Assembly: GCF_036321535.1 (NCBI RefSeq)
Contig: NC_087436.1
Span: 56,298,001-56,362,000, forward strand
Source: Camelus dromedarius
Lineage: Eukaryota
DNA length: 64,000 bases
Reading direction: 5' to 3'
Shown here: positions 51,412-64,000 of the stretch, piece by piece
How the letters are laid out: each line of letters begins with the position of its first letter
Numbering within the stretch: the stretch's first letter is position 1
Program-made: the position numbers and the translations under genes
The notes under the pieces: generated by a model
Databases searched by the model: none
Told to the model about the DNA's origin: nothing
Seen by the model: only the letters and a program-made list of their open reading frames with translations

Positions 51412-51419
51412 TCCCTGAG
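51412..51419 (-). promoter_or_regulatory. miR-125 family 8mer seed match (CTCAGGGA) in BMPR1B 3' UTR
   Basis: Minus strand CCTCACCTCTCAGGGAGC; appears orthologous to the known human BMPR1B miR-125b site. Confidence 0.65.
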
Positions 51420-51558
51420 AGGTGAGGCCGAGCCTGCTGGGAAGCGGGACGGCATTCAAGGCTTGCACTGTGGCTGCTTCTGGAACATCTCTTGCTCTGC
51501 CTACCCACAGAAGAGTGCCTGCTGGCTTCCTCCAGAGATGCTGCTTCTTGCCCTCAGA

Positions 51559-51711
<153 letters not shown>

Positions 51712-53031
51712 TTACACTGGTGAAATCTGTTACCTGCGAGGGTGGCGCTTGCTACTGGCTTTTTAGTTTTGGGTTTCTAAAGTTTGAATATATATTTAAA
51801 AGGTACCCATTAAAACCATGCAGACCTAAAATTCCATAAAAATTATTTTCTTATGCAAATTTCAAACGACTAAAACAGATTTTCCCGTCTTCCTTGTGAC
51901 AGGAGTGAGCAGGTGGCTTTGCTGATTGTGGAAGGGTGTCTCTGAAGTCAGATTAAACAAATACAAAAATACGCAGGGAGTCTGGATTCCTCTGCACACT
52001 CCCAGGTTGTTTATAAGACTTGATAAGCTTAAGTCTTTTATCTAATTCCATACTATCCAGACAAACATGGTTATTGCTAAACCGCAGCTGTCGGCCACCA
52101 TGATAGCACCACGCTGTACCACTGAGCAAGATTAATGGCCCGTGCACAGCCTCACTACCACTTTCTCCTGTGTTCTCCTGTGGTTTCAATTATTGGCCTT
52201 CCTGTTGAAAAGCACAATTTCACTTCATTAGAAATCCTCAGTGAAGGGACTCTGAGTAATATTAATGCCCATAACTACCTTCAAAATTATATAACTCCAG
52301 CATCTCATAAAGTTTTCTGCCCAGCTCACTGGAAAACATATGTATTATTTAGCATTTCAGTAGCTAGCCACAAAACCAATGAACCAAAGGTTATTTTTAA
52401 ATTTCTTAACATTGAAGAATTAGCTTATACAGTGCTCTGTCCATTTGTCTGCACTGGCTTTGGTGCATTTCTTCCTGGGGATGCTTCAAACTCTTCCCTG
52501 AAGGTTCCACTCCTCCGAGGGCTGCTGGGCTCTGTAGGCCTGGGTGGGTGGAGAAGGGGCAGGAAAGGCAAAGTGGGCCCAGCTCATCTCCTCCTGAGCA
52601 GCTCCCCGTTGGACCTGCTTAGGTCTCGCCATGACACACTCAGAGCCAAGCTGAACGTGTGTCTGCTCCCACGGGATCGCATCATCCTCATTAACCAAGG
52701 TCCCCAGCACAGTCAGGCATCTCAACGAGGTCAACCTGTACCACCTCTGTGTACAGGAAACCCTATCCTTCAGGTGCCTATCTTTCCCCTCGTTGCAGAG
52801 AGAACGCTATATGTGAGTTTGCCACGGAGAACAGTCACGATGCTTTACAAACACACACGCAGAAAAATGATGGTCTTTATACAAGTATCAGGACATCGCC
52901 AACAAATGAAATAATGTTACCGGGTAGGCAGGCTCTATGTGGACCCAGTCAATGTAGTCTGGAAGTGGCAAAGTCAAACAGGAGAAAGGAACAGATAACT
53001 GAACACTCAGCACTCAGCATCATATATATTA

Positions 53032-53472
<441 letters not shown>

Positions 53473-54663
53473 CTAATTTAAAAAAGTGAACGGAAGCATA
53501 ATGAAACATTATTATGTCTTCAAGCCTTTTTTCTAATTTCCAGAAGCTAAGTAAACAAGCATCTCAAATTTATTTCCGGTTTTATAGAGGCTCTTATACT
53601 GTACGCCAAATTTTAAAAAATCTATATTATATCTCAGTGCAAATTTGGCAGACACACCCCAAACTCACACTGCACAATATGTAACTATTTCTATTACTGC
53701 AGTAAGAGATTATGATCTCATAATAAATCGGCAGGATATCCTACTTGAATGAAATGTCAGATTTACATTTTTTCTGTTTAATCACGTGAATGTATTTTTG
53801 CACATTAAAAATTTGGAAAACTATACACACCTAAAAATATCAACCATGATTTTTAGGTGCAAGGACTGTCTGATTTTTATTTTCTTCTTTAAATTTTCTA
53901 CATTTATCTAAACTTCCTACAAGGAAAACATTACTATTAGGAAAAAATAGGTACTATTGAAAGAAGAGTGAAGAAATACAAAAGAACGTCATCTTTAGGG
54001 AAATACTACTTACCACGCTAAATTCTGTCTCATTTCATTTTCCTAATACCTAATTTCTACCTTTTCCTCTTGTCCTTTAAAAAAGCAGCTACCTGTGTCT
54101 TTCCGACCTTATTTGAGCAACCCCTCACAATAATTATAAGCAGCTCTGAACAATCTTTCCAGAGAACCCTTACTCCTTATCTTAAATCATCCTTTATAGA
54201 AATTTCATCACTTGTTATCTGAACAAGATGATACTAACAGGTTGGCAGGTTGCACACTGCATCATTAAATTCACTGGGGGCTTACTTTAAAAAAAAATCT
54301 GAATCTTGTATTATGTCCTTTCTTGTAAATTCAAACCCATATATAATCTAAAGAATCAGAAGGTTCAAAAGTTTTCTTAGATCATTTCAAGTCACCATTT
54401 ACTCTGCTGAGATCCCAGAGTCTAATTATATCTATTACTTATGGTAATATTTCCTTCCATTGTGTGTCATCCCTAAATAAGACAATAAGAGCACAAGGTC
54501 TAAGGGATGGGGGATGCTTACTGCACGCCCATTCTTCCTCCCTTTCTAATTCTCGAGACAGTGGCTCTGGAAACATCTTTGGGACAAAGATGACATCAAT
54601 CTAATTTATCTCACATTTTCCTCAGTGCCTAATATTGGCGCCACTACCTGGCTGGACCTGCAC

Positions 54664-54860
54664 AGATTCATTTGTTGAGAGGCTACTATCTACCAGGCAT
54701 GGAGGCAGGTATGTTATATAACTTGTTAAATTTTCATAAACAATGCTGTATGAGGCAGCATTATTAACCACACTATACCGATGAGGAAAGATGCTTTTGA
54801 AGGATTAAGTAACCCGCCCAAGGCCATGCAGTTGGTACGAGGTAGAGCTTGGGCTCTGAC
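54664..54860 (-). mobile_element. MIR SINE
   Basis: catttgttgagaggctactatctaccaggca ... gatgaggaaa ... ggattaagtaacccgcccaaggccatgcag. Confidence 0.75.
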
Positions 54861-55459
54861 AAATACCTGCCAACCTCATACAGAGATAAGGGAGACCTCT
54901 CCAGTCTCCACAGGCCAGGACAGCCCTAGCAAAGCAATTAATACCCCGCTGTTTACCTAAGACTGGCTTATGTTTTAAGCAGATAATCATTTCTCCTTTA
55001 TTCTAACCCACAGGCTTTCAAATACAGGTTTATCGTAGCCCGACTCACTTTGGATGCTCAGGAAAACATAATTAGAAAAGCAGTCTTGTGCTCTGCCGCC
55101 CCCTTACTTCTAGAAACCTGTCTTAGTAAGTGTAAGCAAACAGCTCAAAAACAGGCCTATCTATTCTTACCACAGCATGAAGGCGTAATTATGATGGGAG
55201 ATTTATAAAATACCGGGTTAGGAAAACGTTCCTACATTAAATTTCCTTTTGGAAATTTAGAGGGAACGTGTTCTACTTTAAATTGCTTGTAAGGGGCACA
55301 GAATTCCCAGGACAGTCAGAAGGCACCACATCACCGAAGATGATCTTTCTACAAAAGCGGGAGTGCCCGCTGGTTTACTGTTTCTCTTCCATATTTAAAT
55401 ATGAATCTAAGTTGTAAGTTAAGGTTCTACCAACCAAAATGAAAATTCAAAATAGCTAT

Positions 55460-55640
55460 TTGTACTGTATATGGATTGAGTGCTATTTATTAGCCAGGTG
55501 GTTTTCATTCTTTGTACAATCACTGAAACCTCACAACAACCATCTGAGGTAGACACAGTGACTCACCTCTTCTGAAAATAAGAAAACTGAAACAAAAGTT
55601 TAGTAACTTGTCAAAGGTTCACAAATAATAAATGGCAGGT
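55460..55640 (-). mobile_element. MIR SINE
   Basis: cctcacaacaaccatctgaggtag ... ataagaaaactgaaac ... agtaacttgtcaaaggttcaca. Confidence 0.7.
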
Positions 55641-56511
55641 CCCAGAGGTAACCCCTGGACTGGTTAAGCGCACGCACTTCAGCTCAAGTTTTCACGAAAG
55701 TGAGGAACTAGCCAACATGGGAAAGACAGCAGCGCCAAGGTCTCCTCAGGAGCACAAGGAGGCGGAGAGGCATAAACAGGGTCCCTGTGCTGGAGAGCCA
55801 ACGACTCAGCTCCTCACCTAAAATGCTGAAATCTACTCAAAGACAGATTACGCAGCAGTAAACAAAATACTACCAGCGGTAATAACACCTCTGAATGTTT
55901 AAGGATGTCTTCTTAGTCTTCCTAGGGGACCCCTATGTTTTGTAGAAAAGTTATCATGAACAATAATAACATTCTTATCGGTTTAATTTCCTTTTGATAC
56001 AAACTGATATCTTCAAACTGCGGTATAAGGAAGTATTATGGAAAGTGAAGAAGCAGGGGGATTAAACCATGGGCGTCCCATGTCACATGTATGTCCCTCC
56101 CTTCATCTGTGCAGAGGCAGACACGGGGAAAGGACACTGATGGCAGGGGATGAGGGGGGAGTAGGTTGGTGAGAAGAGGCTGGAAGGGGTGGAAAGGGGT
56201 TTGACTTGACGGAGCAACTGCTGGAGGAAGAGCTGAAGAGGAAAGCAAGATGACACCTACAGTGGAAGGGAGTGACATCTGAAAGGGCACGAGGACGCTG
56301 ACAGCGTGTCTAGGAAAGATTTGTCAGGAGGAGGAGGGGAAGGAGGCAGTCAAAGGTCCTTCTACGATGTTAAATATCATTTCCTGGGAGGATTGAGACC
56401 ACGTCATCAGAAATAAAGGGGAAAATAAAATAGAATTTGATTTTGTGAACCATGGGAAAGCTCTGATTTCTGACCAGAAAGAGAGGGTGTATGGGGGCTG
56501 CCACAGGATCA

Positions 56512-56832
<321 letters not shown>

Positions 56833-59800
56833 TTAAACATTCACAGGTAGAAAATCCAATGAGGATGACACAGTCAGAATGAAGCTGCAGCATACAGGGC
56901 TGCCTTGCCACTGGAGCAAATATAAGCCAAATTATTGCTAAATGTCTATTAAATATCTTAAAAGTACCATGATCCCCTTCATACTTCAAAAGCCTTGCTC
57001 TCAACCATGTGCCACGTGCACGTGCCTGTTTGGTTTGTTTGAGATGGTATTTCTTAAGCCAATGGTTGTGAGGCTTTTCTATCTACAAACAAGTAAACAG
57101 AGATGGGAGGGGAGGACCTACAAAGATTTTCAAATGTTCTACTTTGATAAGCAGGGACCTACAGAAAAGCTTTATATTATCACTATTATTTCATAAACCA
57201 AATAACATGTATTTTTAATAAAAAAAAGAAATAATTCCTTTCCAATATAATATCTTCAGCTTTAGGAAAATTTCACACGATCCATTTATTATTATTTCCC
57301 TTGGATGGGGAGAAAATTCATGATGGAAGGACACCAATCTGCAGACCAGCAGGTGGAAACCACTGCCTCAGGGCAGCGAGCTGGAGCCAGAGCTACGGAC
57401 CTGTGATTCAAAGCTGTTGAACTACGGCTGCTTGAGAGGCTGACGATGAAATGAGAGGAAAGTGTAAAATTGCTACTAGCACAGTCCTGAGCACATAACA
57501 CAAGTGCAACCAGTCCTGAACCTCAACAAAAACTGGTGGAACTAAGGAGCAGTAAGCCCCCGTTTTGATGGATAAAGAAACTATAAAACAGAAAAGGTAC
57601 AAAACCTCATGATTAAACTGAAGTTCGTGTAAAACCTCAGATAAATCTTCTCTCCTGAATCCCAAGAAAGAGTTTTTTTCTTTTTCTTTTCATCATACGC
57701 CACTCTCAAGCATTTACATATTCGTTTTTCTCAACATGGAAAACAGCTGCATGTATCAGCTACCACGTTTATCACACTGTGTCACAGACAGCAGCAAACT
57801 TGGCAAAACACTAGTGGCTTTCGGAGAAAAAACCTTTGGATCTGATCTCACTGCCTCAATCTCTGTCTTCTAGGACATAAAATATCTAGTGTCATTTGGG
57901 AAAACGCAAAGGGTGGTAGATGTCCCTCTGTACACTGCAGAACTGAGTACATTTACTAAAACTTACAAAGCTTCATTTTTACAGCCATTTAAAATTCACT
58001 TGCAGCTAAAACCCTTAACCTAAAGCAATTGCATCAGACGTGTCACCGGGATGCTCATTAGGCCCCTCCGGATTTTCTAAAAGCAACAACTCTGAAAAGC
58101 CTGTTTTCCTAAGATAAAAGTTATAGTGGCAATTTTTTTTAAATGAAAAAGGCTGAAGAGCTGGTACTCCCTACCATCCGTAAGTGTAGGTTTCAGTGTT
58201 CAGGGCTCTTTTCTAAGGCTAGCACAAGAGTTTAAATGAATCTCAGAATTTACCAGCATGATGCAATAGAATAAGTCACTCATGTACCTAAATAGTACAT
58301 CGCTTAAGGAAGGAACATGAGCTGAGAAGTTAATGATAACTTGGAAAAATACCAGATTTAAAAGATGCCACAAAAGCTCCAGCTTCAATTCTAATTTCTC
58401 TCCTCCTCTTCTACCCACTGACATCGCTCATGTGAACACACAGTCAGTAATTCATTAATGTGTTATGTGCATGTGTTATTGATCACCTTGAAACACCAGA
58501 GGAAGGCAGTGGTGGGCTTGGGTAGAGAATTCTGGGTTCATGCAGAGAAACCACCATGGGGTCTTGCAGATGGAAAGAAGATGGTAAAGGGCCTAAAATA
58601 TACTCCAGAACATGGACCAGGAACTCAGAACAGTCTTAGTATGGGCCCCACAGAGTGTATTCAAGCCAAAGATATACTCTGATCACAGCTGATAAAGACG
58701 TTAGGCAGTTCCTTTCTATTCTTATACACTTAGCTCCTTAACGTCTTATTTGGATTTGGGAGGTCAGGGAGGGCTAATGGAATTTGTGACATGGAGACAT
58801 CTATTGGCAAAGTAAAAGGTAATTGTTACCTGATGATAACAGAATTAAGATTTGTGATGGCCAGACCATGTCTGGTTCACCTCTAAACTCTCATTCCCTC
58901 AAACACTGAAAAAACACACAATCAAAGATTTTGCTCGTCCATCAAATCCTCTGAAACCAGTTCCTTACACAGGCCATGCATGCTCGGCACCTGGTCCCTC
59001 CTTCACCTTCCTCTCCCCATCCTAGGGGTTTCCCAATACTCCGTGAATAAACGTCTCCTCTGGGAGCATTTGAATAAATATCCTCCCTGAGAAGAATTTG
59101 AATAAATGTTCTCCCTTGTAGTATCTCAGTAAACATCCATATTCCAACCTAAGACTATAAACTCCTCCGAGCCCCGAACAACTGTCCTAATCATTTGCTA
59201 TATCCCCAAAGAGCAGAGGCCCCTTCCATCTCCATTCACAGTGGGCCTTGCACATGGGAGATAAAGAATATCCTTTACATGAAAGAGGGGAAAGGTTTTT
59301 TTTTTACAGTAAACATTACTATGGATGATTTAAAGAGAAATGTAAAAATGTCCATTATATGTAGACCCTAAAATGAGACATAACAGGTATCTAGGAGAAT
59401 AAATCGAATTTTGTTAGGCAAATTAATTTTGTAACAGATGACTATTAGCCTAATGACAAATGCCTTTAACATAATATTTAAACAATAAACCTACTAATTA
59501 TAAGTAATTCCTATCTGATATTATAAAATACCCGATCCTCCAAGACACTCAGCTCTGCCTCTCCCTCCCTCGGGAGGGCTTCTCTGCTTGAAAGTAATTA
59601 AACGGCAATCCTCTTCCAGGTCTTCGGTCACATCATCTTACCTGTTCCCAAATAAGGGCAGAGGAAAGCTGAACATGCATTAACTTTCAAAGTCAAAAAG
59701 AGAAATCACAGTGATTTAACACTGGGGCCGCGAGAATACAGGAAGAAAAAGGGACTGGAAGTGCAGTCTGATGGTGCAGAGCTGGTGAGAACAGGTGTGA

Positions 59801-62301
59801 GGTAACTGCATGAAAGGGCCAAGGAGGAAGGAGGAGGCAGAGAAGGTCAAGGTGCCTTCAGCTCCCCCTCCCCGCCTTCCTCTTCCACAGAGACTGGACC
59901 TGGAGAGCTGAGGTTTCCGCACCAGGGGGCACAGTTGGAGGAAAGAACTCCAGATCCGCAAAATAATCCTGCACACTGTGTGGCCACACACATACATACA
60001 TGTGAAAATTATAAAATCATATATGGCAAAGATAAATACCAACTTCAGGGTACTGGTTACCTCTGGGAGGGATCAAGGTGAATAAAAAATAAGGGAAGAT
60101 GTTCTGGTAGCATGAATTTTATAACTAAATTTCATGCAATACCCTACAACACACCCCCGTAAGATGTCTTCAACCTTGAGCCAACAGTTTGAGGAAGAAA
60201 AGAAGCAGTAGCTACTTCATGTAGAGAAGGGGCAGCACATATCAGAGGTGCAGGCTGGTGTGGCAAAGAGAAAAGGAGCCTCTTAGGATCCACAGATACA
60301 CTGTGAATGACACTGAATTCCCTACTGGACTAGGGAGGACAGGGATGACAGAGTCTAATTTTACTTGAACCTCAAAAAGCAAGGTGCCTCAGCTGGGGTT
60401 CCATAAAGAGGCATGAAAAACTGACTTTTGTCACTTGGGTGACATCAGGAGAATAAAGAAAGCGCCAGCGTGATGAAGGAGGAGGTCTGCCCTGACGACA
60501 AACGGCCTCCTATAAGAATGCACACTTAGAGTGGCTTCTCGCGCCTGGGGGACCACGAAGAAAGGGCGAGTTCTCACAACTGCTCCAGGCGCGGGAGGGG
60601 AGCAAAGCTGCCTGTGATATTGAGAGAGAAGACAGAGAGGCGGCCGTACTAAGGAGAGGATGGAGAAGCAACGGGCTCTACTGGGAGATGCTATTTATCA
60701 CTGACATTGTTTAGAACTTGGGCGCAGAGTGATAATTTAATCAGTTTTCTTGTCTAAGACAGTGCAGCCCCCCTACTGCCTGTCCCCAGGTCCAGTGCTA
60801 GTGTCTATAGGGGCGTGTGCGTCGCAGGTGTTCGTGTAACTGAGGGAAAGAATCAAAGAGCTCCTGTGGGTGCAGAAAGGCTGAAAGGGAAAAAAAAAAG
60901 AGAGAAAGGCTGAAAGGGGGGCCTCCCGCCAGGACCCTGAGGGGCCCACGAATGACCTGAGCCCCTGCGGGACTCGGTTGGGGCAGCATGGGCCTTGCAC
61001 TCTGGTCTATTGTGCACTGGAAAAGGGGTAGGCAGATTTGTATTTTGGTGACAGGGAATAAAGGGGAATCTTTAAAAATATAGTACCTAAATTAACTTTA
61101 CTTTATATTAATTATTTTCATGTTAATTAAGCTTCCTAATTATAAATCGATAGCGAGAATTCTCACAAGAGTGTTACGTGAGGGAAGAAGCCAATGGTTG
61201 GCTCAGCGCAGCGCACAATCCCAGGGCACCAGCTACTGAAGAGGGAGTTTCACAGAATCAGATGCACAGCCAGCTCAGGAACTGGGCTGGCCATCAACCA
61301 GGTGGCTCGACCTCACCGAGCCTCTGGGCACATGTAGGTGGTCTTCTGCTGGACGTTGCTGATGCTTTAAACAGAGAGCAGAGGAGGGGAGAAGCGAGAT
61401 AAAAAGGTAACAGAGAAAGAAGAGAAGCAAACATTGTACAGTTTTAATAATATAAAAAGCTTTTTTAAAAAAGAAAAAAAAAAGAACTGAACTTTAAAGG
61501 ACAAGAAGGGCCGGGGCAAAAGACTTGTGAGCGAGGCCATTGGTTTGCTTGTGGCTTACAACCATGTCTGAAATTAGCTACACGTGAAATATACCCGAGA
61601 ACACTGAATCACCTCTTAGAAAGACGACAGTGACCTTGCAAAGCATGAAAGATGCTCACAAGCCCTCTGAGGAAGGGGCTGTGCACATCCTCTGTTTCCT
61701 GTGGCATCTTGCAAACACCCGTGGAACCGATTTGCTGAATTGAGCTCTGCCCAGTCAGGTGTTAGCCAATGAGGAAGAGTTTTCTGCAGCACTTTTCAAC
61801 AGAGTTATTTGTTCCTATGATTAAGTCCCAAGAAATCTCAGGGTTTCTTAACATTAAAACTCTTCAACAGCAGGTGGATATGGCTGCAGAAGCTCTGCCT
61901 GGGAGTGCTGACTCTGCCACCAATCATCTTGGTCTGTGACTCTGGCCAGTCACTGAACCATGTCACTTTTTAAGAAAACCACTAAGTAAACAAACCAGGA
62001 GCAGTGCTAAAATTAATGACATCAAAATACTCTGAGAACATTCAGTACCCTCTGGGGCAGGCCATTCTGTCTCCTTTGCATTTGGACGATTCCACAGTCA
62101 TCAGTCGGGAGATCTGTTACTACCTAGTCTTCACTGTAGGTTTTCTATTTAAAATTTAATACCTGGGAGGCCCTAAGCCAGGATTTATTTCTCCCCTAAG
62201 AAAATATATTATTCTGACACTTAAGTACCAGAGGGGCTGCTTGATCCTCTAGAGTGAAGACTGAAAAGTTCTGTAAGTTTCTCAAGGGATTTCATGTGTC
62301 A

Positions 62302-62351
62302 TTGTTTTCTCTTCCCAAGAGAGACGTGTTGTTTTCTCTTCCCAAGAGAGA
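62302..62351. repeat. Perfect 23 bp direct repeat (27 bp period)
   Basis: ttgttttctcttcccaagagaga at 62302-62324 and 62329-62351. Confidence 0.95.
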
Positions 62352-63724
62352 TCTGGGGTGACGGTAATGTCTGCCACAGCATCACCGTATTAAATCTCTA
62401 TTGGGCAGGAAATGCACCAGCACTTATATCATTTTTAAGAGAGTGCATGAAGAAACCAATACAGGATAAAAAAGTTAAATGATCAGGAAATCTCTAACAC
62501 ACAGTCCATTCTCTCTGTGCCTCTCAACTTCCCTGAGAGCCCCCCCTAGAAATGACTTAAAAGCCTCAGGGAACACTTACCACATCAAGACCAAGGTAAA
62601 GATTAAGTTCTCACAAGAAGTTCACATATGAAGTCTGAGAACTCAACACTGGGTTAGCTTTAACCCCACTTGTAATAAAATGCTGTAAATACCTGTGTGC
62701 ACACATGTACCGCACCCCTCCTCCAAACAGGAAAGTCAGGAAAAGAGTGAAAACCAAAGAAACATATATAGCAAAGTTTAAAAGTGAGTTTCAAAAATTG
62801 AGACCACAGTTCCCTTGAAACATACAAAATAAAAATGTAAAAAGGACTTTAAATTATCAAATGCAACCTCCATTTAACGTAGAGGAAATGGAGGCCCAGA
62901 ATGATAGAGCGGTCCCAAAGCTGCTCTTAGCCGTAAGAGGTCTGGGCGTCCAACAGCCATTGCATTTGTACACATGATACAGTGTTTTCATATCCTTCCT
63001 CTCTTGATGAACTAGTCAATATATGCCAAATAAATCTCTGAATTATCCCTTAAAGTACTTCCTTCCACTTCCTAAATCAGTGTCTGCATGAAATTTGAGA
63101 GTTCATTCATTTCATTCCCCTTACATTAAGCAGAACTAAGTTTCAGAAATAGATACTCACTTTCCTTGTCTGTTTTAAGGTCTATAAAGATGATGAGCTC
63201 TTACTTTGATATTGCCAACATTCACTGACTGAAAACAATGTCAGAACACCTATAATGGGTAACTCACTACGTTATGTCAAATGGGAAACACGTTAATCAA
63301 CTTGGCATGGATGCTGCTCTCAAGATGCCCAATGACTAGCAGGGCAAGACGAGGCATGTACTAAAATAATTATAATATCAGGCAGACTGGGGCCAGGAAT
63401 TTACCACGGGCGTAGAGTAGATGCTGTCATTATTCCTAGCTGGGGGATGAGTGAAGTGACTTAAAGGCAACTCTGAGATTGGATTACAGTCCATGGAGAA
63501 GCAAGGACATTCCAAGCCAGACGCTGTCCAATCAAAAGCAAGGCAGCGGCAAACATGGAGCACACATGGGGAAAACACAAGTAGTTCAGTCTCGTAAAAG
63601 AAAGCTCACAAGTTGGAGAGTTTGTGGGATATAAAACTAGAAAAGTGGATTTAATCCAGGGTGTGTTTAGATCTCTGAAGCTAAGAAAAAATACCTTTTT
63701 CCTTCACCCTATAATCCACGTGAA

Positions 63725-64000
63725 CTCATTCATTCATCCTTTACGCAAAATTCTGAAGCAGCCCCTAAATAACAGGCACTAAGGAAAGGCCCTAGGAATG
63801 TAAACCTGGAAAAAAACAACATGGTCTTTACCTCCATGGAACTTAGTCTCCATTGGGAATGACAGATAAGCAGTCAATGATTACCATAAAACAGCATGAG
63901 AGGTGTCATGAGAGCACACCAGGGTCACACGGAAAGGTGTAAGGAAACTCAGCGACATTCAGGCGTGCCAGGGAGTAATAGTAAGTATCCCAAAGGAAGA
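63725..64000 (-). mobile_element. L2 LINE 3' end
   Basis: cattcattcatc ... caggcact ... catggtctttacctccatggaacttagtct ... gacagataagcag matches the L2 3' terminus pattern. Confidence 0.6.

Larger units (their letters stand above)
47875..51558 (-). other. BMPR1B: BMPR1B 3' UTR (predicted extent)
   Basis: Lies between the stop codon and the distal AATAAA; AU-rich, no obvious interspersed repeats. Confidence 0.7.

Noticed and set aside
52135..52914. Longest ORF in the track (259 aa, + strand)
   Set aside because: Antisense within the last BMPR1B intron, no recognisable domain, composition typical of non-coding DNA; treated as a chance ORF.

Overview
Mammalian genomic DNA, most likely a camelid (camel/alpaca/llama), judged from a tRNA-derived SINE of the camelid Vic-1 type at 25094-25244. 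The window holds the convergent 3' ends of two genes. On the + strand are the last eight coding exons of UNC5C (netrin receptor; ZU5, UPA and death domain; first exon truncated by the window edge; stop at 38293-38295) and a probable ~6.6 kb 3' UTR ending near 44900. On the - strand are the last three coding exons of BMPR1B/ALK6 (kinase C-lobe; stop at 51559-51561) and a probable ~3.7 kb 3' UTR ending near 47880. All exons have GT-AG junctions and consistent phases. The rest is intron, UTR or intergenic DNA with old repeats (MIR, L2, CR1/L3, MER2, MER5, MER102, MLT1D). Nearly all ORFs in the six-frame track are spurious. I found no convincing new multi-gene system. Best leads: (1) a ~735 bp fossil Mutator-like (MULE) element with ~96 bp sub-repeated TIRs and a decayed transposase C-terminus, nested in a MER102; (2) a perfect AG|GTAAGT recursive-splice-like site and a MIR-derived candidate poison exon in one UNC5C intron; (3) G-quadruplex/pause-like elements downstream of both poly(A) sites in the 3 kb convergent gap; (4) a strong CTCF motif in the UNC5C 3' UTR; (5) substitutions beside the UNC5C T835 hinge. 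Repeat family names and human comparisons come from recall, not database searches, and repeat boundaries are approximate.
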